The position numbers and the translations under genes are program-made. A DNA stretch of 64,000 bases, taken from assembly GCA_902613795.1 (NCBI GenBank), contig CACMIP010000005.1, positions 74,129 through 138,128 of the forward strand. Direction: 5' to 3'. Source of the stretch: an uncultured OCS116 cluster bacterium (lineage in GTDB: Bacteria; Pseudomonadota; Alphaproteobacteria; Rhizobiales; TMED25). Below, one piece after another: positions 29,802 to 40,608 of this stretch (within the stretch, counting starts at the first letter, position 1; the number at the start of each line of letters is the position of its first letter). The notes below the pieces were generated by a model. It made no database searches and was not told the DNA's origin. It saw nothing but the letters and a program-made list of their open reading frames with translations.

Positions 29802-31276
29802 TTTTCTGCCCTGCTGCTGTTCATATCAAGGGCGTCTTGTGCTGCATTGAATAGGGCGGAGGCCTTTGATTTGCATTCTTGGTATTCACTTTCGGGATTA
29901 GAGTCCGCAACGATTCCAGCACCTGCTTGAACATACATTGAGTTACTCTTAATTATTGCAGTTCTTAGTGTTATGCAAGTATCCATATCTCCTGCTGCTG
30001 AAAAGTAACCAACACATCCAGCATATATAGACCTGCGCTCTTTCTCAAGCTCTTCTATTATTTGCATTGCTCTTATTTTAGGTGCCCCTGATACTGTGCC
30101 AGCAGGAAATCCAGCTTTTAGGACATCAATCATATTGAACTTACTATCAAGTTTTCCGATCACATTAGAAACTATATGCATAACATGGCTGTATAGCTCT
30201 ACAAAGAATTTATCTGTAACCTTTACACTTCCAAGTTGCGATACCTTACCTACATCATTGCGGCCCAAATCAAGCAGCATTAAGTGCTCCGCAAGTTCTT
30301 TCGGATCAGAGAGTAATGAGTTCTTATTATTATCATCTTCAGCCTGATCTTTCCCTCTTGGTCTCGTACCCGCGATTGGTCTTACTGTTATCTCATCACT
30401 AAAAAGCCGAATAAGTATTTCTGGACTTGAACCAATGACAGCAAACTCATCAAAATTGAGGTAAAATAGAAACGGTGATGGATTTATTCTACGCAATGAT
30501 CGGTATAATTCAAATGGGGGCAATTCAAAATTTGACTCGAAACGTTGGCTCAGTACAACTTGGAAGATGTCTCCCTCATAAATATAGTTTTTGGCTTTCT
30601 CTACCATCTTGAGGTAGTCATCTTTTGTAGTGTTTGAGCTTATATTAATTTTCTTTTGGTTGGTTGGAATATATTTTTCATCAAAGGGTTTTCTGAGTAG
30701 GTCGAGAACAAAATCTATTGAAGTATTAGCTTCGGCTAGCGCATCACGATATTTTTGATTTGAGTTATACCTTAATGAATATACAACCGATAACTCATCC
30801 TTTAAATTATCAAAAACAATAATCAGGGATGGCCTCATAAGCAGTGAGTCAGGGAAATCTGCATCAGATTTACTTAATTCGTTTATGTCTTCAATTAATC
30901 TCACATTATCATAACCGATGTAGCCAAAAATACCTGCAGACATTCTCGGTAGATGATCTGGGAGCTTAATATGTGAACAATCGATTAAATTTTTCAACGA
31001 TGCGAAAGTTCCCAAACCCTCTTTTTTGTATCCAGATGCCCATTTTGTTTTTATGTAGGCCGTATCTCCATCAGCTTTCCACCACATATCAGGCTTCATC
31101 CCAATGATTGAATATCTGCCTCTTTTTGTACCCCCCTCAACGGACTCAAGCAGAAAGCAATTTGAATGATCCTCTACACGCATTAAAATTGAAATAGGAG
31201 TAACAGTATCTGAGACGATTGTCTTCCATATTACTTGATCAATTTTTTCATTGTAGAGTTTTTCAGATTTATCCAT
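29798..31276 (-). CDS. trpE: Anthranilate synthase component I
   Basis: 492 aa with the motifs LLESVEGG, GTVSGAPK and GAGIVADS. Confidence 0.93.
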   Translation of the reverse strand: MDKSEKLYNEKIDQVIWKTIVSDTVTPISILMRVEDHSNCFLLESVEGGTKRGRYSIIGMKPDMWWKADGDTAYIKTKWASGYKKEGLGTFASLKNLIDCSHIKLPDHLPRMSAGIFGYIGYDNVRLIEDINELSKSDADFPDSLLMRPSLIIVFDNLKDELSVVYSLRYNSNQKYRDALAEANTSIDFVLDLLRKPFDEKYIPTNQKKINISSNTTKDDYLKMVEKAKNYIYEGDIFQVVLSQRFESNFELPPFELYRSLRRINPSPFLFYLNFDEFAVIGSSPEILIRLFSDEITVRPIAGTRPRGKDQAEDDNNKNSLLSDPKELAEHLMLLDLGRNDVGKVSQLGSVKVTDKFFVELYSHVMHIVSNVIGKLDSKFNMIDVLKAGFPAGTVSGAPKIRAMQIIEELEKERRSIYAGCVGYFSAAGDMDTCITLRTAIIKSNSMYVQAGAGIVADSNPESEYQECKSKASALFNAAQDALDMNSSRAEK

Positions 31277-31281
31277 TTAGA

Positions 31282-33150
31282 CTACTGGCTCTGAGTATTA
31301 AATAATCTATCAATGTTTTCTTGATATAATTTGACTGTATAATTATCCTCAAGCGAAACTAAGTATTGCTCGAATAAATCGTTCTTCATCTGCAAATCTA
31401 GATTATTTATAAATTTTTGATCTCTCTCTGGCTCTTCTTGTACATTCGGTAGTATTTCCACTACCTTACCAACAAGTACATTATTCTCGGATTTACCAAT
31501 AATTACTTCATTAATATTTGCACTCAGAATTCTATCATTGAAGTCTTCACTAAATTCTCTAATCGGAGAGAGTCTACTAAAAGGCTCTGATCTTTTTATT
31601 TCAATTTGATATGAGTCAATAAGCTCTTGAATTTGATTATTTATTAATCCAATTTCTAGCTGTTTTATGATTTCACTTTCTTTGTCATTTTTCCTTTTCT
31701 TAAGCATATCAGCGGTTACAAGATCTCTAACCTCAGCAAAAGATTTTATATATGGTGGATTTATTGAATTTAAGTCTGCCCATATATAACCATTCTCGGT
31801 ATCATATACCTCAATAAAATCTCCAATTTCTGAGCTAAATATTTTTTGGATGAGTTCTTGGTGATTTATTTCCTCAACAACATCGTTCTGGATATTTTTT
31901 CCGTTAATATCAATTTTCTTAAAATATTTTGTCTCAATTTGATGTTTCGCAGATACTTCCCCTATTGAACTGCCATTTAAGAGGTCATCTTCAATTTCAA
32001 AATATAGCATTTCAACTAAGTCTATTGCTTCTTTAATTTGGATTTCATCCCGTATCTCGGCAGCCACATCACCAACTGTAGGGATTTTGCCAGGATTTAT
32101 TTTTTCTAGGTATAGAACTGAAATACCGAGCATACCATCAATTGGCTTACCAAATTCGCCTTCAATCATATTATATGCAGCATCAGCAACTTCAAAATCT
32201 AATATCTCATCTTTCCCAACTAAGCCAAGATAGCTGTGCTCTTTGCTTTGCGAATATTTCGTCAAAAGCTCGTTAAATTCAAGCTGATATGAGTCATTAT
32301 AGAAATTATCAGCTGTGGCCTCATCGTTAAAGAAGAACTGATATAGTTCCCTTGTCTCTGAGATATTAAAACTATCCAAATTGGCATTAAAATATTCATT
32401 TATTTGGGATCGAGTAACTTGAATATCCTTTTTTATATTTTCTGGATCTAATATGAGTGCTGCAAAGTCTCTCGTCTCGGATTTTTTGTATCCATTTTTA
32501 AACTTTTCATAAAATTCAAGGAGCTCTCTTTCAGATGGTGTTTTTACAATAATCTTAGATTTTGGAAGATCAACATATTCAATAACTCTTTCTGTCTTAT
32601 TGAATTCATTAACCATTTCAATAAGCACGTTGGGTATGTAAGTTCTATTTCCAATTATATTAAATAACTGATTTTGCTTATTAACGTTAATTTCACTTTG
32701 TACATAAGTTTCGTCATTATAACCTGCGTATGAGAGGAGCTGCTCATACCTTGCCTTATTGAACCTACCGTCAATTTTGAAGTTGTCATCATTAATAATC
32801 TGTTCCGCAACAAATTCTTCAGATATGTCTATTCCAAGTTTATTAATTTCAATTTGAAGAACCATCTTTCTAATTAAATTTTCAATTGCGATTTCATCTA
32901 TGCCCAGTTCAAGTGACTCCTTCAATGAAATCTGCTTATCAAGTTGTGAGCTAATTATTGATAGTTGATTATTATATTCTGTAACAAGTTGATCGAGGCT
33001 AACTTCATAATCATCAATCTCAATTGCAACAGTTTTTTTAAAATTACCAAAGATATCCTGTATACCCCAAACCGCAAAGCTTAGTATTAGAATACCAATT
33101 AGAATTTTAACAAATGGTCCTGTTACTGATTTTCTTAGAGTATCCAGCAT
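31282..33150 (-). CDS. ppiD: Periplasmic chaperone / peptidyl-prolyl isomerase D-like protein (SurA N-terminal domain family)
   Basis: 622 aa with a single N-terminal TM anchor (ILIGILILSFAVWGI) and a long helical periplasmic region. Its position immediately upstream of trpE matches other Alphaproteobacteria. Confidence 0.7.
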   Translation of the reverse strand: MLDTLRKSVTGPFVKILIGILILSFAVWGIQDIFGNFKKTVAIEIDDYEVSLDQLVTEYNNQLSIISSQLDKQISLKESLELGIDEIAIENLIRKMVLQIEINKLGIDISEEFVAEQIINDDNFKIDGRFNKARYEQLLSYAGYNDETYVQSEINVNKQNQLFNIIGNRTYIPNVLIEMVNEFNKTERVIEYVDLPKSKIIVKTPSERELLEFYEKFKNGYKKSETRDFAALILDPENIKKDIQVTRSQINEYFNANLDSFNISETRELYQFFFNDEATADNFYNDSYQLEFNELLTKYSQSKEHSYLGLVGKDEILDFEVADAAYNMIEGEFGKPIDGMLGISVLYLEKINPGKIPTVGDVAAEIRDEIQIKEAIDLVEMLYFEIEDDLLNGSSIGEVSAKHQIETKYFKKIDINGKNIQNDVVEEINHQELIQKIFSSEIGDFIEVYDTENGYIWADLNSINPPYIKSFAEVRDLVTADMLKKRKNDKESEIIKQLEIGLINNQIQELIDSYQIEIKRSEPFSRLSPIREFSEDFNDRILSANINEVIIGKSENNVLVGKVVEILPNVQEEPERDQKFINNLDLQMKNDLFEQYLVSLEDNYTVKLYQENIDRLFNTQSQ

Positions 33151-33275
33151 TTTCTCGCTCTAGAATTAATTCCATGTTTGTTCATGCCGTTAATATAAGG
33201 TAATATAAAAATTAATTCTATTGTTTTATTGTGTGATGGATTTTGTCTGATTTATTACGAAATAGGTGGGAATAA

Positions 33276-34025
33276 ATGAAATACAACCCAGATTCAACGA
33301 CTTTCGCGGGTAATTGGAAAATGAACGGTCGCCAAGATGACACACTTGATATTGAGAAATTGATTAAATTAATCAGCGAAGATGATGCTAATATCATTTT
33401 ATTTCCGCCATACACACTAATCTCGAGTTTTGTCAATATTAGTAAAAATTCAAACCTAAATATAGGTGGCCAAGACTGCCACCATGAAGACTCTGGTGCA
33501 TTTACTGGTTCAATATCTGCTTCTATGATTCGTGACTCCGGTGCTAATTTTGTAATCATTGGTCATTCTGAGGTGAGGGCGATGCATGGGAAGGGCCCGG
33601 ATAATATAATCAATAAAATCCAAAGCGCCCATGAAAATAATCTTATTACAATAATTTGTGTTGGTGAGGATATCAAAGTGAGGTCTGAGGGGGAACATTA
33701 TAATTTCATAAGCAAACAACTAAAAGACTCGGTATCAACTACCTCAAATCGTAATAATACCATTATTGCCTATGAACCGATTTGGGCTATTGGTACTGGA
33801 AATACTGCAACAATTGAGGATATTTATGAGATGCATGCCCACATTAATAATACGCTACAAGACACTGATATATTTAAAAAAGGTAATCCATCATTGCTCT
33901 ATGGAGGATCCGTTAACCCAGAAAATGCAGGGGAGATATTAAGCATAGATAATGTTAGCGGGGTACTAGTTGGGGGAAGCTCTCTCGATTACTCAAAATT
34001 TAACGAAATTATAAAATCAAAATAA
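33276..34025 (+). CDS. tpiA: Triosephosphate isomerase
   Basis: 249 aa with the motifs GNWKMNG, IIGHSE and AYEPIWAIGTG. Confidence 0.92.
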   Translation: MKYNPDSTTFAGNWKMNGRQDDTLDIEKLIKLISEDDANIILFPPYTLISSFVNISKNSNLNIGGQDCHHEDSGAFTGSISASMIRDSGANFVIIGHSEVRAMHGKGPDNIINKIQSAHENNLITIICVGEDIKVRSEGEHYNFISKQLKDSVSTTSNRNNTIIAYEPIWAIGTGNTATIEDIYEMHAHINNTLQDTDIFKKGNPSLLYGGSVNPENAGEILSIDNVSGVLVGGSSLDYSKFNEIIKSK

Positions 34026-34080
34026 TTTTTAATCATTGTTAATTCATTAAAATTATAGTAAATAAGCATTAGAGGTTACC

Positions 34081-34416
34081 ATGAGCTCATTAATTCTAAT
34101 TCTACATCTGGCAGTGGCCATTATTTTGGTTGGCGTAATCTTATTGCAAAGATCTGAAGGCGGTGCTCTCGGTATTGGAGGTGGCGGATCAGGTGGTGGA
34201 TTATCTGGCTTCCTCAAGGGCAGAGGACAGGCGAGCGGACTAGTAAAAATAACCATTATCCTGGGAACTATTTTTTTTATCACTTCAATGAGTTTAACAA
34301 TTATAAACTCATATAATAACCAATCTGTGATTGATAGAGTCACATACGATCTTGACCCATCAAGTTTAATCACAACATCTGAAAATGATGATGTCAGCGT
34401 ACCAATACTAGAATAG
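34081..34416 (+). CDS. secG: Preprotein translocase subunit SecG
   Basis: 111 aa with two TM segments flanking a glycine-rich loop (GIGGGGSGGG). The tpiA-secG-pyrG synteny is conserved. Confidence 0.85.
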   Translation: MSSLILILHLAVAIILVGVILLQRSEGGALGIGGGGSGGGLSGFLKGRGQASGLVKITIILGTIFFITSMSLTIINSYNNQSVIDRVTYDLDPSSLITTSENDDVSVPILE

Positions 34417-34486
34417 CTTGCACTTTGCATTTGATATTTTGATTTAGTATTTTACATTTAATTAATTTTTGTTATTTTATAATTCC

Positions 34487-36115
34487 ATGGCACGTTTTAT
34501 TTTTATAACAGGTGGTGTGGTATCTTCCTTAGGAAAAGGGCTATCTTCAGCATCACTTGGTGCACTACTTCAGTCTCACGGATATAAGGTAAAACTTCGT
34601 AAACTTGATCCATATTTGAATGTGGATCCTGGCACTATGAATCCAATACAGCATGGTGAGGTATTTGTGACTGATGACGGTGCCGAAACAGATCTTGATC
34701 TCGGTCATTATGAGCGTTTTACCGATGTATCCGCAACTAAGTTTGATAATATTACCAGTGGTAAGATTTACCAGGATATTATCCAAAAAGAAAGAAAGGG
34801 AGATTATCTTGGTGGTACAGTTCAGGTAATTCCACACGTAACGGATGCTATTAAAGAATTCATTACACAATACACAGATGACGTTGACTTTCTTTTGTGT
34901 GAGATTGGAGGTACTGTCGGTGATATCGAGGCCTTACCATTTTTTGAAGCAATTAGGCAATTAAGAAATGAATTGAGCCCAGAAAATTGTCTATTCATTC
35001 ATCTAACTTTATTACCTTTCATTGCTGCAGCGGGTGAACTCAAGACCAAGCCAACACAACATTCAGTAAAAGAGTTAACTTCAATAGGTATCCAGCCGGA
35101 CATTATCATATTACGCTGTGACAGAGGAATTCCTGAAGATGAGAGAAAAAAAATCTCATCATTTTGTAATGTTCCATTCAGTAGAATAATTCCGGCCGTA
35201 GATGTTGGTAATATATATGATGTTCCGATGAATTTACATCAGAACGGCCTTGATAGCGAAGTCTTAAATATATTTAATCTTGAGAAAAAAAATAAACCTA
35301 ATTTCATTAAATGGAAAAAAATCTCATCAAATGCAAGCTCCTTGGAAGAGAGCGTAAAGGTATCAATTGTTGGAAAATATATTCAATTACAAGATGCCTA
35401 CAAATCTCTGGATGAGGCAATATACCATGCTGGATTGATAAATAAGATTAAAGTTAATGTTGAATGGGTTGACTCTGAGCTGCTGGAGAGCTCACCACCA
35501 ATTGATTATCTAGATAGCACAGATGCAATTTTGGTCCCAGGTGGGTTTGGTCAACGTGGTAGTGAGGGTAAAATTAATGCAATTAGATTTGCACGTGAGA
35601 AAAAGGTTCCATACTTAGGCATTTGTTTCGGAATGCAAATGGCTATTGTAGAGATGTCAAGATCACTGCTAAAACTCCATGGAGCAAACACGACAGAGTT
35701 CGGAGATACAGATCATCCCGTTGTTGATCTTATGAAGCAATGGAAAAAAGGAAAAACCACACAAAAAAGAGATGAAAATACTGACCTTGGAGGGACCATG
35801 AGATTAGGGGCGTATGACGCAGTACTAATAAAAGGCTCAAAAGTGCAAGAGATATATAAAGCCAATAAAATAAATGAAAGACATAGGCATCGTTGGGAAG
35901 TCAACATCGATTATAAAAAGCATCTCGAAAATCAGGGTGTTGTATTCTCTGGTCTATCACCAGATGGCAAATTACCAGAAATTATAGAACTACCTGATCA
36001 CCCATGGTTTGTCGCTGTACAATTTCATCCTGAATTAAAATCTAGACCTTTTAATCCGCATCCTTTATTTGTATCTTATATTCTTGCGGCTAGAGAAAAA
36101 AGTAGGCTGGTCTGA
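34487..36115 (+). CDS. pyrG: CTP synthase
   Basis: The conserved N-terminus [18 protein letters not shown] begins at ATG 34487; the ORF-track start 34469 adds 6 residues. The C-terminal GATase has the motif GICFGMQ. Confidence 0.95.
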   Translation: MARFIFITGGVVSSLGKGLSSASLGALLQSHGYKVKLRKLDPYLNVDPGTMNPIQHGEVFVTDDGAETDLDLGHYERFTDVSATKFDNITSGKIYQDIIQKERKGDYLGGTVQVIPHVTDAIKEFITQYTDDVDFLLCEIGGTVGDIEALPFFEAIRQLRNELSPENCLFIHLTLLPFIAAAGELKTKPTQHSVKELTSIGIQPDIIILRCDRGIPEDERKKISSFCNVPFSRIIPAVDVGNIYDVPMNLHQNGLDSEVLNIFNLEKKNKPNFIKWKKISSNASSLEESVKVSIVGKYIQLQDAYKSLDEAIYHAGLINKIKVNVEWVDSELLESSPPIDYLDSTDAILVPGGFGQRGSEGKINAIRFAREKKVPYLGICFGMQMAIVEMSRSLLKLHGANTTEFGDTDHPVVDLMKQWKKGKTTQKRDENTDLGGTMRLGAYDAVLIKGSKVQEIYKANKINERHRHRWEVNIDYKKHLENQGVVFSGLSPDGKLPEIIELPDHPWFVAVQFHPELKSRPFNPHPLFVSYILAAREKSRLV

Positions 36116-36127
36116 GGGTTCTATTTT

Positions 36128-37429
36128 ATGCATGATATTCAAAAAATCAGAGATAATCCCGAAAAGTTTGCTGAGCTGCAGAAGCGAAGGGGTGTAAAAA
36201 TTGATATCGAAGAGATAATAACATTGGACTTATCAAAACGTACACAAATGACAAAGCTACAAAATCTTCAGAATGAAAGAAATGAGTTGTCAAAGCAAAT
36301 TGGGTTACAAAAAGGAAAAGATAAAAATGGTAAAGCGAATGAATTGATAGACAAAGTCCATGCTTTAAAAGATCAAATCTTACAACTTGAAAATGAGATT
36401 ACTGTGACCAGTCAACATCTTGAAGCCATTCTATTAGGACTTCCAAATCTTCCATTTGACGATGTTCCCATTGGCAGTGATGAGAGTTCTAACATTGAAA
36501 TTGAAGCAAAAAGATATGGTAAAATTAATGACAAAAAAACTGCAGAGCACTTCGAAATAGACACGGTTGAGGGTATGATGGATTTTGAAACTGCGTCCAG
36601 AGTGTCAGGCTCAAGATTTGTGTATTTGAAAGGTCAGCTCGCTTTGCTTGAAAGGGCGCTTGGACAGTTTATGCTTGATACCCATACAACTCAAAATGGT
36701 TACACGGAAATAGCGCCACCACTTATTGTTAATAACAGCTCGATGCTCGGCACAGCTCAACTACCGAAGTTTGAGGAGGATCAATTTCAGGTTATAGTTC
36801 GCGATAATGATTTAGCAGACCACAACAACAGAAAATGGTTAATCCCAACAGCGGAAGTTTCATTAACAAATATTGTGAGGGAGAAGATAACAGACAAAGC
36901 CGATTTACCACTAAGATATGTTGCCTTAACATCTTGCTTTAGGGCGGAGGCTGGCGCTGCCGGAAGGGATACACGGGGGATGATTCGCCAACATCAATTT
37001 CAGAAAGTAGAGTTGGTTTCAATTACAGAGCCGGAGCTATCGGAAGTAGAGCATAACCGTATGCTTGAATGCGCTGAAGCTATACTTAAGTTACTTGAAC
37101 TTCCTTACAGAGTAATGCTACTCTCATCAGGCGATATGGGTTTTTCTGCACAAAAGACATATGATCTTGAAGTCTGGATGCCTGGGCAGCAGACTTATCG
37201 CGAAATATCCAGTATTTCAAATTGTGGTGACTTTCAGGCCAGGAGAATGATGGCCAGATATAGAGATGGAAACAAAAATAAAAAATATCTACATACATTA
37301 AATGGCTCAGGAGTAGCTGTTGGTAGGGCTCTTATTGCTATTCTTGAAAACTACCAAACACCTGATGGCATTCAAGTCCCTGATGTATTAAAAAAATATA
37401 TGAATAATTTAAGTACCATAAAAATTTGA
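36128..37429 (+). CDS. serS: Seryl-tRNA synthetase
   Basis: 433 aa with an N-terminal coiled-coil arm and class II core motifs (FRAEAGAAGRDTRG, NGSGVAVGR). Confidence 0.95.
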   Translation: MHDIQKIRDNPEKFAELQKRRGVKIDIEEIITLDLSKRTQMTKLQNLQNERNELSKQIGLQKGKDKNGKANELIDKVHALKDQILQLENEITVTSQHLEAILLGLPNLPFDDVPIGSDESSNIEIEAKRYGKINDKKTAEHFEIDTVEGMMDFETASRVSGSRFVYLKGQLALLERALGQFMLDTHTTQNGYTEIAPPLIVNNSSMLGTAQLPKFEEDQFQVIVRDNDLADHNNRKWLIPTAEVSLTNIVREKITDKADLPLRYVALTSCFRAEAGAAGRDTRGMIRQHQFQKVELVSITEPELSEVEHNRMLECAEAILKLLELPYRVMLLSSGDMGFSAQKTYDLEVWMPGQQTYREISSISNCGDFQARRMMARYRDGNKNKKYLHTLNGSGVAVGRALIAILENYQTPDGIQVPDVLKKYMNNLSTIKI

Positions 37430-37455
37430 AATTAATTTAATAAAGTAACTTATTG

Positions 37456-38211
37456 ATGAGTCAAAAGAAAATATTGATAACGAACGATGACGGTATTAAT
37501 GCTCCAGGAATTGAGCTCTTAATTAATTCTGCAAAAAAAATATCAAGTGATATAACAATTATTGCCCCAGAAAGAGAGCAGAGCGGAAGATCTCAAGCGA
37601 TGTCGTTATCAGATATTATTAGACTGAAGGAGATTGGTGTAAATATATTTTCTATATCTGGAACGCCTACAGATTGCGTCATGCTTGCAATCAAGCAATT
37701 AATGAAAGATAAGAAGCCAGATCTTATTTTATCAGGGGTTAATAGAGGTCAGAATCTTGCTGATGATGTTAATTATTCTGGAACAATTGGCGCCGCAATG
37801 GAGGGTGCAATACACAACATTAAGTCTATCGCATTGAGCCAGGTTTTTAATATACACAATAAAGGGTTGGACGCATTTCAGGCAACAAAAAAAAATCTGG
37901 ATCGGACATTAGATTTTGTTTTAGATTTAGACTATCCAGATAATATTGTTTTAAATATCAATTTTCCTGATATTGTTGAAGATAATCTGAGCCATCGTTT
38001 TACTAGACAAGGGAAAAGAGATATACCGGCTCATACAATGGAAGAGAGGATCGATCCCAGAGGGCAGAAATACTATTGGATAGGCTTCAAGCGGGCAGAG
38101 GGTGGTATGCACGATGGAACAGATCTGGATTGTATTCAGAAAGGCTTTATTTCAATTACGCCAATTGGCCCAGATCGAACGGCATATTCATTTCTTGAGA
38201 CCAAAATTTAG
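37456..38211 (+). CDS. surE: 5'/3'-nucleotidase SurE
   Basis: It has the ILITNDDGINAPGI N-terminus. ATG 37456 is preferred over the adjacent TTG 37453. Confidence 0.92.
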   Translation: MSQKKILITNDDGINAPGIELLINSAKKISSDITIIAPEREQSGRSQAMSLSDIIRLKEIGVNIFSISGTPTDCVMLAIKQLMKDKKPDLILSGVNRGQNLADDVNYSGTIGAAMEGAIHNIKSIALSQVFNIHNKGLDAFQATKKNLDRTLDFVLDLDYPDNIVLNINFPDIVEDNLSHRFTRQGKRDIPAHTMEERIDPRGQKYYWIGFKRAEGGMHDGTDLDCIQKGFISITPIGPDRTAYSFLETKI

Positions 38212-38297
38212 TTATAGAATTCTTCTTTTGAAATATAATATTAACTAATTATGAATAAACTAAAGATTATTGTTAATTAGCTAAGTTTAAATTATAA

Positions 38298-39302
38298 ATG
38301 CCTTCGAAATCCCGATCTAAATATATTATATTAACTATATTTACAGTCTTACTTACATCATGTAGTACAAGTATCGAGAGATTTAAAACTGTAAATAATG
38401 ATGAAAGAAAAAATCAAGTTAATCAATATTCTGAAGAACAAAAATCAACATTTAAAGGCGCTTATTCAAATTACTGGATTGTATCTAGTGGCGAGACTCT
38501 CGAGTTTATTGCGAGATCAACTGGGGTTCCTCTGGAAGATATTGCTTATTATAATTCTTTATCATATCCATATAAGCTCAATGATGGGATGCGATTGTAC
38601 ATAGCAAAAAGAAAGTTGGATACAGACACAGACTCGCCCACAAGCATTCAATTTAGTAGTGAAAATGAGGATGTATCTGTCGTTGATGATGTCTATCATG
38701 TCAAGTCTGGTGACACAATATCATCGATTGCCATGAAGTTTGGAATTAACACAAAACATCTAATCGAATTGAATAAAATAGTGAACCCAAGTTTAATTTA
38801 TGTCGGGCAAGAGCTAAAAATCGCAGAGAATAAATTATCAAAATCAGATAAAATAACCAATACCATTTCAGCTAAAGAAAGCGACAGAGACGGAAATGTT
38901 CTCGATGATGTAGATAAGTCAACTGCGAGCGGACCTCAATTTAGATGGCCTGTATTAGGGAGGGTTATTAATAATTATGGAGCTGAAGTTTACGGTAGGG
39001 TTAATAATGGAGTTTATATTTCAGCTCCATTAGGCTCAGAGATTAGGGCTTCTGAACGCGGTGTTGTGACATTTGTTGGTACCGAAGATTATTTTGGAGA
39101 TCTAATTATAATTAAGCACCTAAATAACTGGGTCTCATCATATGCACATCTAGATAAATCAAATGTATTAATCGGCGATAAGATAGAAAAAGGCGATATT
39201 ATTGGTACAGTTGGTGCATCCGGAATAATAGAAAGCCCACAATTATACTTTGAGCTGAGGCGAGGCACAATTGTACAAGACCCAACTGACTTTCTGAATT
39301 AG
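38298..39302 (+). CDS. NlpD/DipM-like lipoprotein: two LysM domains plus a degenerate LytM (M23) domain
   Basis: It has a lipobox (LLTSC) and LysM repeats at YWIVSSGETLEFIA... and YHVKSGDTISSIA.... The C-terminal M23 fold keeps the YAHL histidine, but the HxxxD position reads NNGVYISA and the HxH position reads QLYFE. Confidence 0.8.
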   Translation: MPSKSRSKYIILTIFTVLLTSCSTSIERFKTVNNDERKNQVNQYSEEQKSTFKGAYSNYWIVSSGETLEFIARSTGVPLEDIAYYNSLSYPYKLNDGMRLYIAKRKLDTDTDSPTSIQFSSENEDVSVVDDVYHVKSGDTISSIAMKFGINTKHLIELNKIVNPSLIYVGQELKIAENKLSKSDKITNTISAKESDRDGNVLDDVDKSTASGPQFRWPVLGRVINNYGAEVYGRVNNGVYISAPLGSEIRASERGVVTFVGTEDYFGDLIIIKHLNNWVSSYAHLDKSNVLIGDKIEKGDIIGTVGASGIIESPQLYFELRRGTIVQDPTDFLN

Positions 39303-40162
39303 ACTAATTTTATATTATTTTTTGCCGCGGCGGAGATGATGAATTGCCAAGCAACTCTACCAGACCTTGATCCTCTTCCAGCGGCCCATTCAATTGCCTC
39401 TGCATGCAAGGTTTTTGTCTTTGGAATATTAAAGTGTTGTGCGTATGCATCAATCATTAAGAGATATTGATCTTGTGAACAATTATGAAATCCGATCCAC
39501 AAACCAAAACGATCAGAGAGGGAAACCTTCTCCTCAATTGCCTCAGATGGATTTATCGCTGTAGATGTCTCATTTTCTATCATCTCACGCGCCATAAGAT
39601 GACGTCTATTTGATGTGGCATAAAATATTACATTTGATGGTCTACCCTCTATGCCGCCCTCAAGGGCTGTTTTAAGTGATTTATACGTTGTGTCATCATT
39701 ATCAAATGATAAATCATCACAGAATATAATGTAGTTAACTTTACTGTATTGTTTGATTATGCCCAAAATATCAGGTAAATCCTTTATATCCTCTCTATGA
39801 ATTTCTATTAAAATAAGTTTAGTTTTTGATGTTTTGCATAACTTGCCATGTATCCCTTTGATAAGTGAACTTTTTCCCATACCTCGTGCGCCCCATAAAA
39901 GCGCATTATTTGCAGGCAACGATTTTGAAAACTTTATTGTATTTTCAAGCAGAATATCAATATTTTGATCAATTCCTTTAAGTAGCTCAAGCGGAATAGA
40001 GTTGACATTTTTGACTGGCCTAAAGCATCCTTCTTCGGATCGCCACATAAATGCATCTGCCTCTTTCCAATCAATTTTAATTTCAGATCTAGTGTGTTTA
40101 TCTTCTAGAATCTTTCTAATTTTTGATATTTCTTCAATTAATTTATCGTTATTTTCTGTCAT
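39299..40162 (-). CDS. AAA-type ATPase, DUF815 family
   Basis: 287 aa with Walker A GARGMGKSS and Walker B IIFCDDLSF. It is divergent from yajC-secDF. Confidence 0.75.
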   Translation of the reverse strand: MTENNDKLIEEISKIRKILEDKHTRSEIKIDWKEADAFMWRSEEGCFRPVKNVNSIPLELLKGIDQNIDILLENTIKFSKSLPANNALLWGARGMGKSSLIKGIHGKLCKTSKTKLILIEIHREDIKDLPDILGIIKQYSKVNYIIFCDDLSFDNDDTTYKSLKTALEGGIEGRPSNVIFYATSNRRHLMAREMIENETSTAINPSEAIEEKVSLSDRFGLWIGFHNCSQDQYLLMIDAYAQHFNIPKTKTLHAEAIEWAAGRGSRSGRVAWQFIISAAAKNNIKLV

Positions 40163-40289
40163 TTGTTCAGATATAAAAAATTATTATTTAAAAATTTTTC
40201 ATTAACCTATATATATTATAAAGAAATTTATTGGAAATATATTTTTCTGTCTATAGTTTTAGTTTTTTATAAAAAGAGAGTGATTTACC

Positions 40290-40589
40290 ATGATTACCAA
40301 AGCATACGCGGCATCGCACCCAGGTGGTGGTGATATTTTTCTTCAATTACTTCCATTTCTACTCATTTTTTTAATCATTTACTTCTTGATTCTAAGACCT
40401 CAGCAAAAGCGTGTCAAAGCTCACAAGGAGATGATTGACTCACTTACAAAAGGTGACACCGTTATCACTCAAGGCGGTCTCATTGGAAAAATATCAAAAA
40501 TTATAAGCGATCAAGAGGTTGAAATTGAAATAGCCAAAGATGTGAGAGTTAAGGCAGTAAGAGGGATGATTTCTGATATAAGGAAGTGA
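40290..40589 (+). CDS. yajC: Preprotein translocase subunit YajC
   Basis: 99 aa with a single TM segment followed by ILRPQQKR and a GD.V.T.GG..G motif. Confidence 0.88.
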   Translation: MITKAYAASHPGGGDIFLQLLPFLLIFLIIYFLILRPQQKRVKAHKEMIDSLTKGDTVITQGGLIGKISKIISDQEVEIEIAKDVRVKAVRGMISDIRK

Positions 40590-40608
40590 CTCTCTAACGG
40601 GGATTAAA

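Noticed and set aside
34053-34430. 125-aa antisense ORF over secG with a proline-rich stretch
   Set aside because: It is the reverse complement of the glycine-rich (GGN) secG loop. The secG frame has the conserved architecture and synteny.
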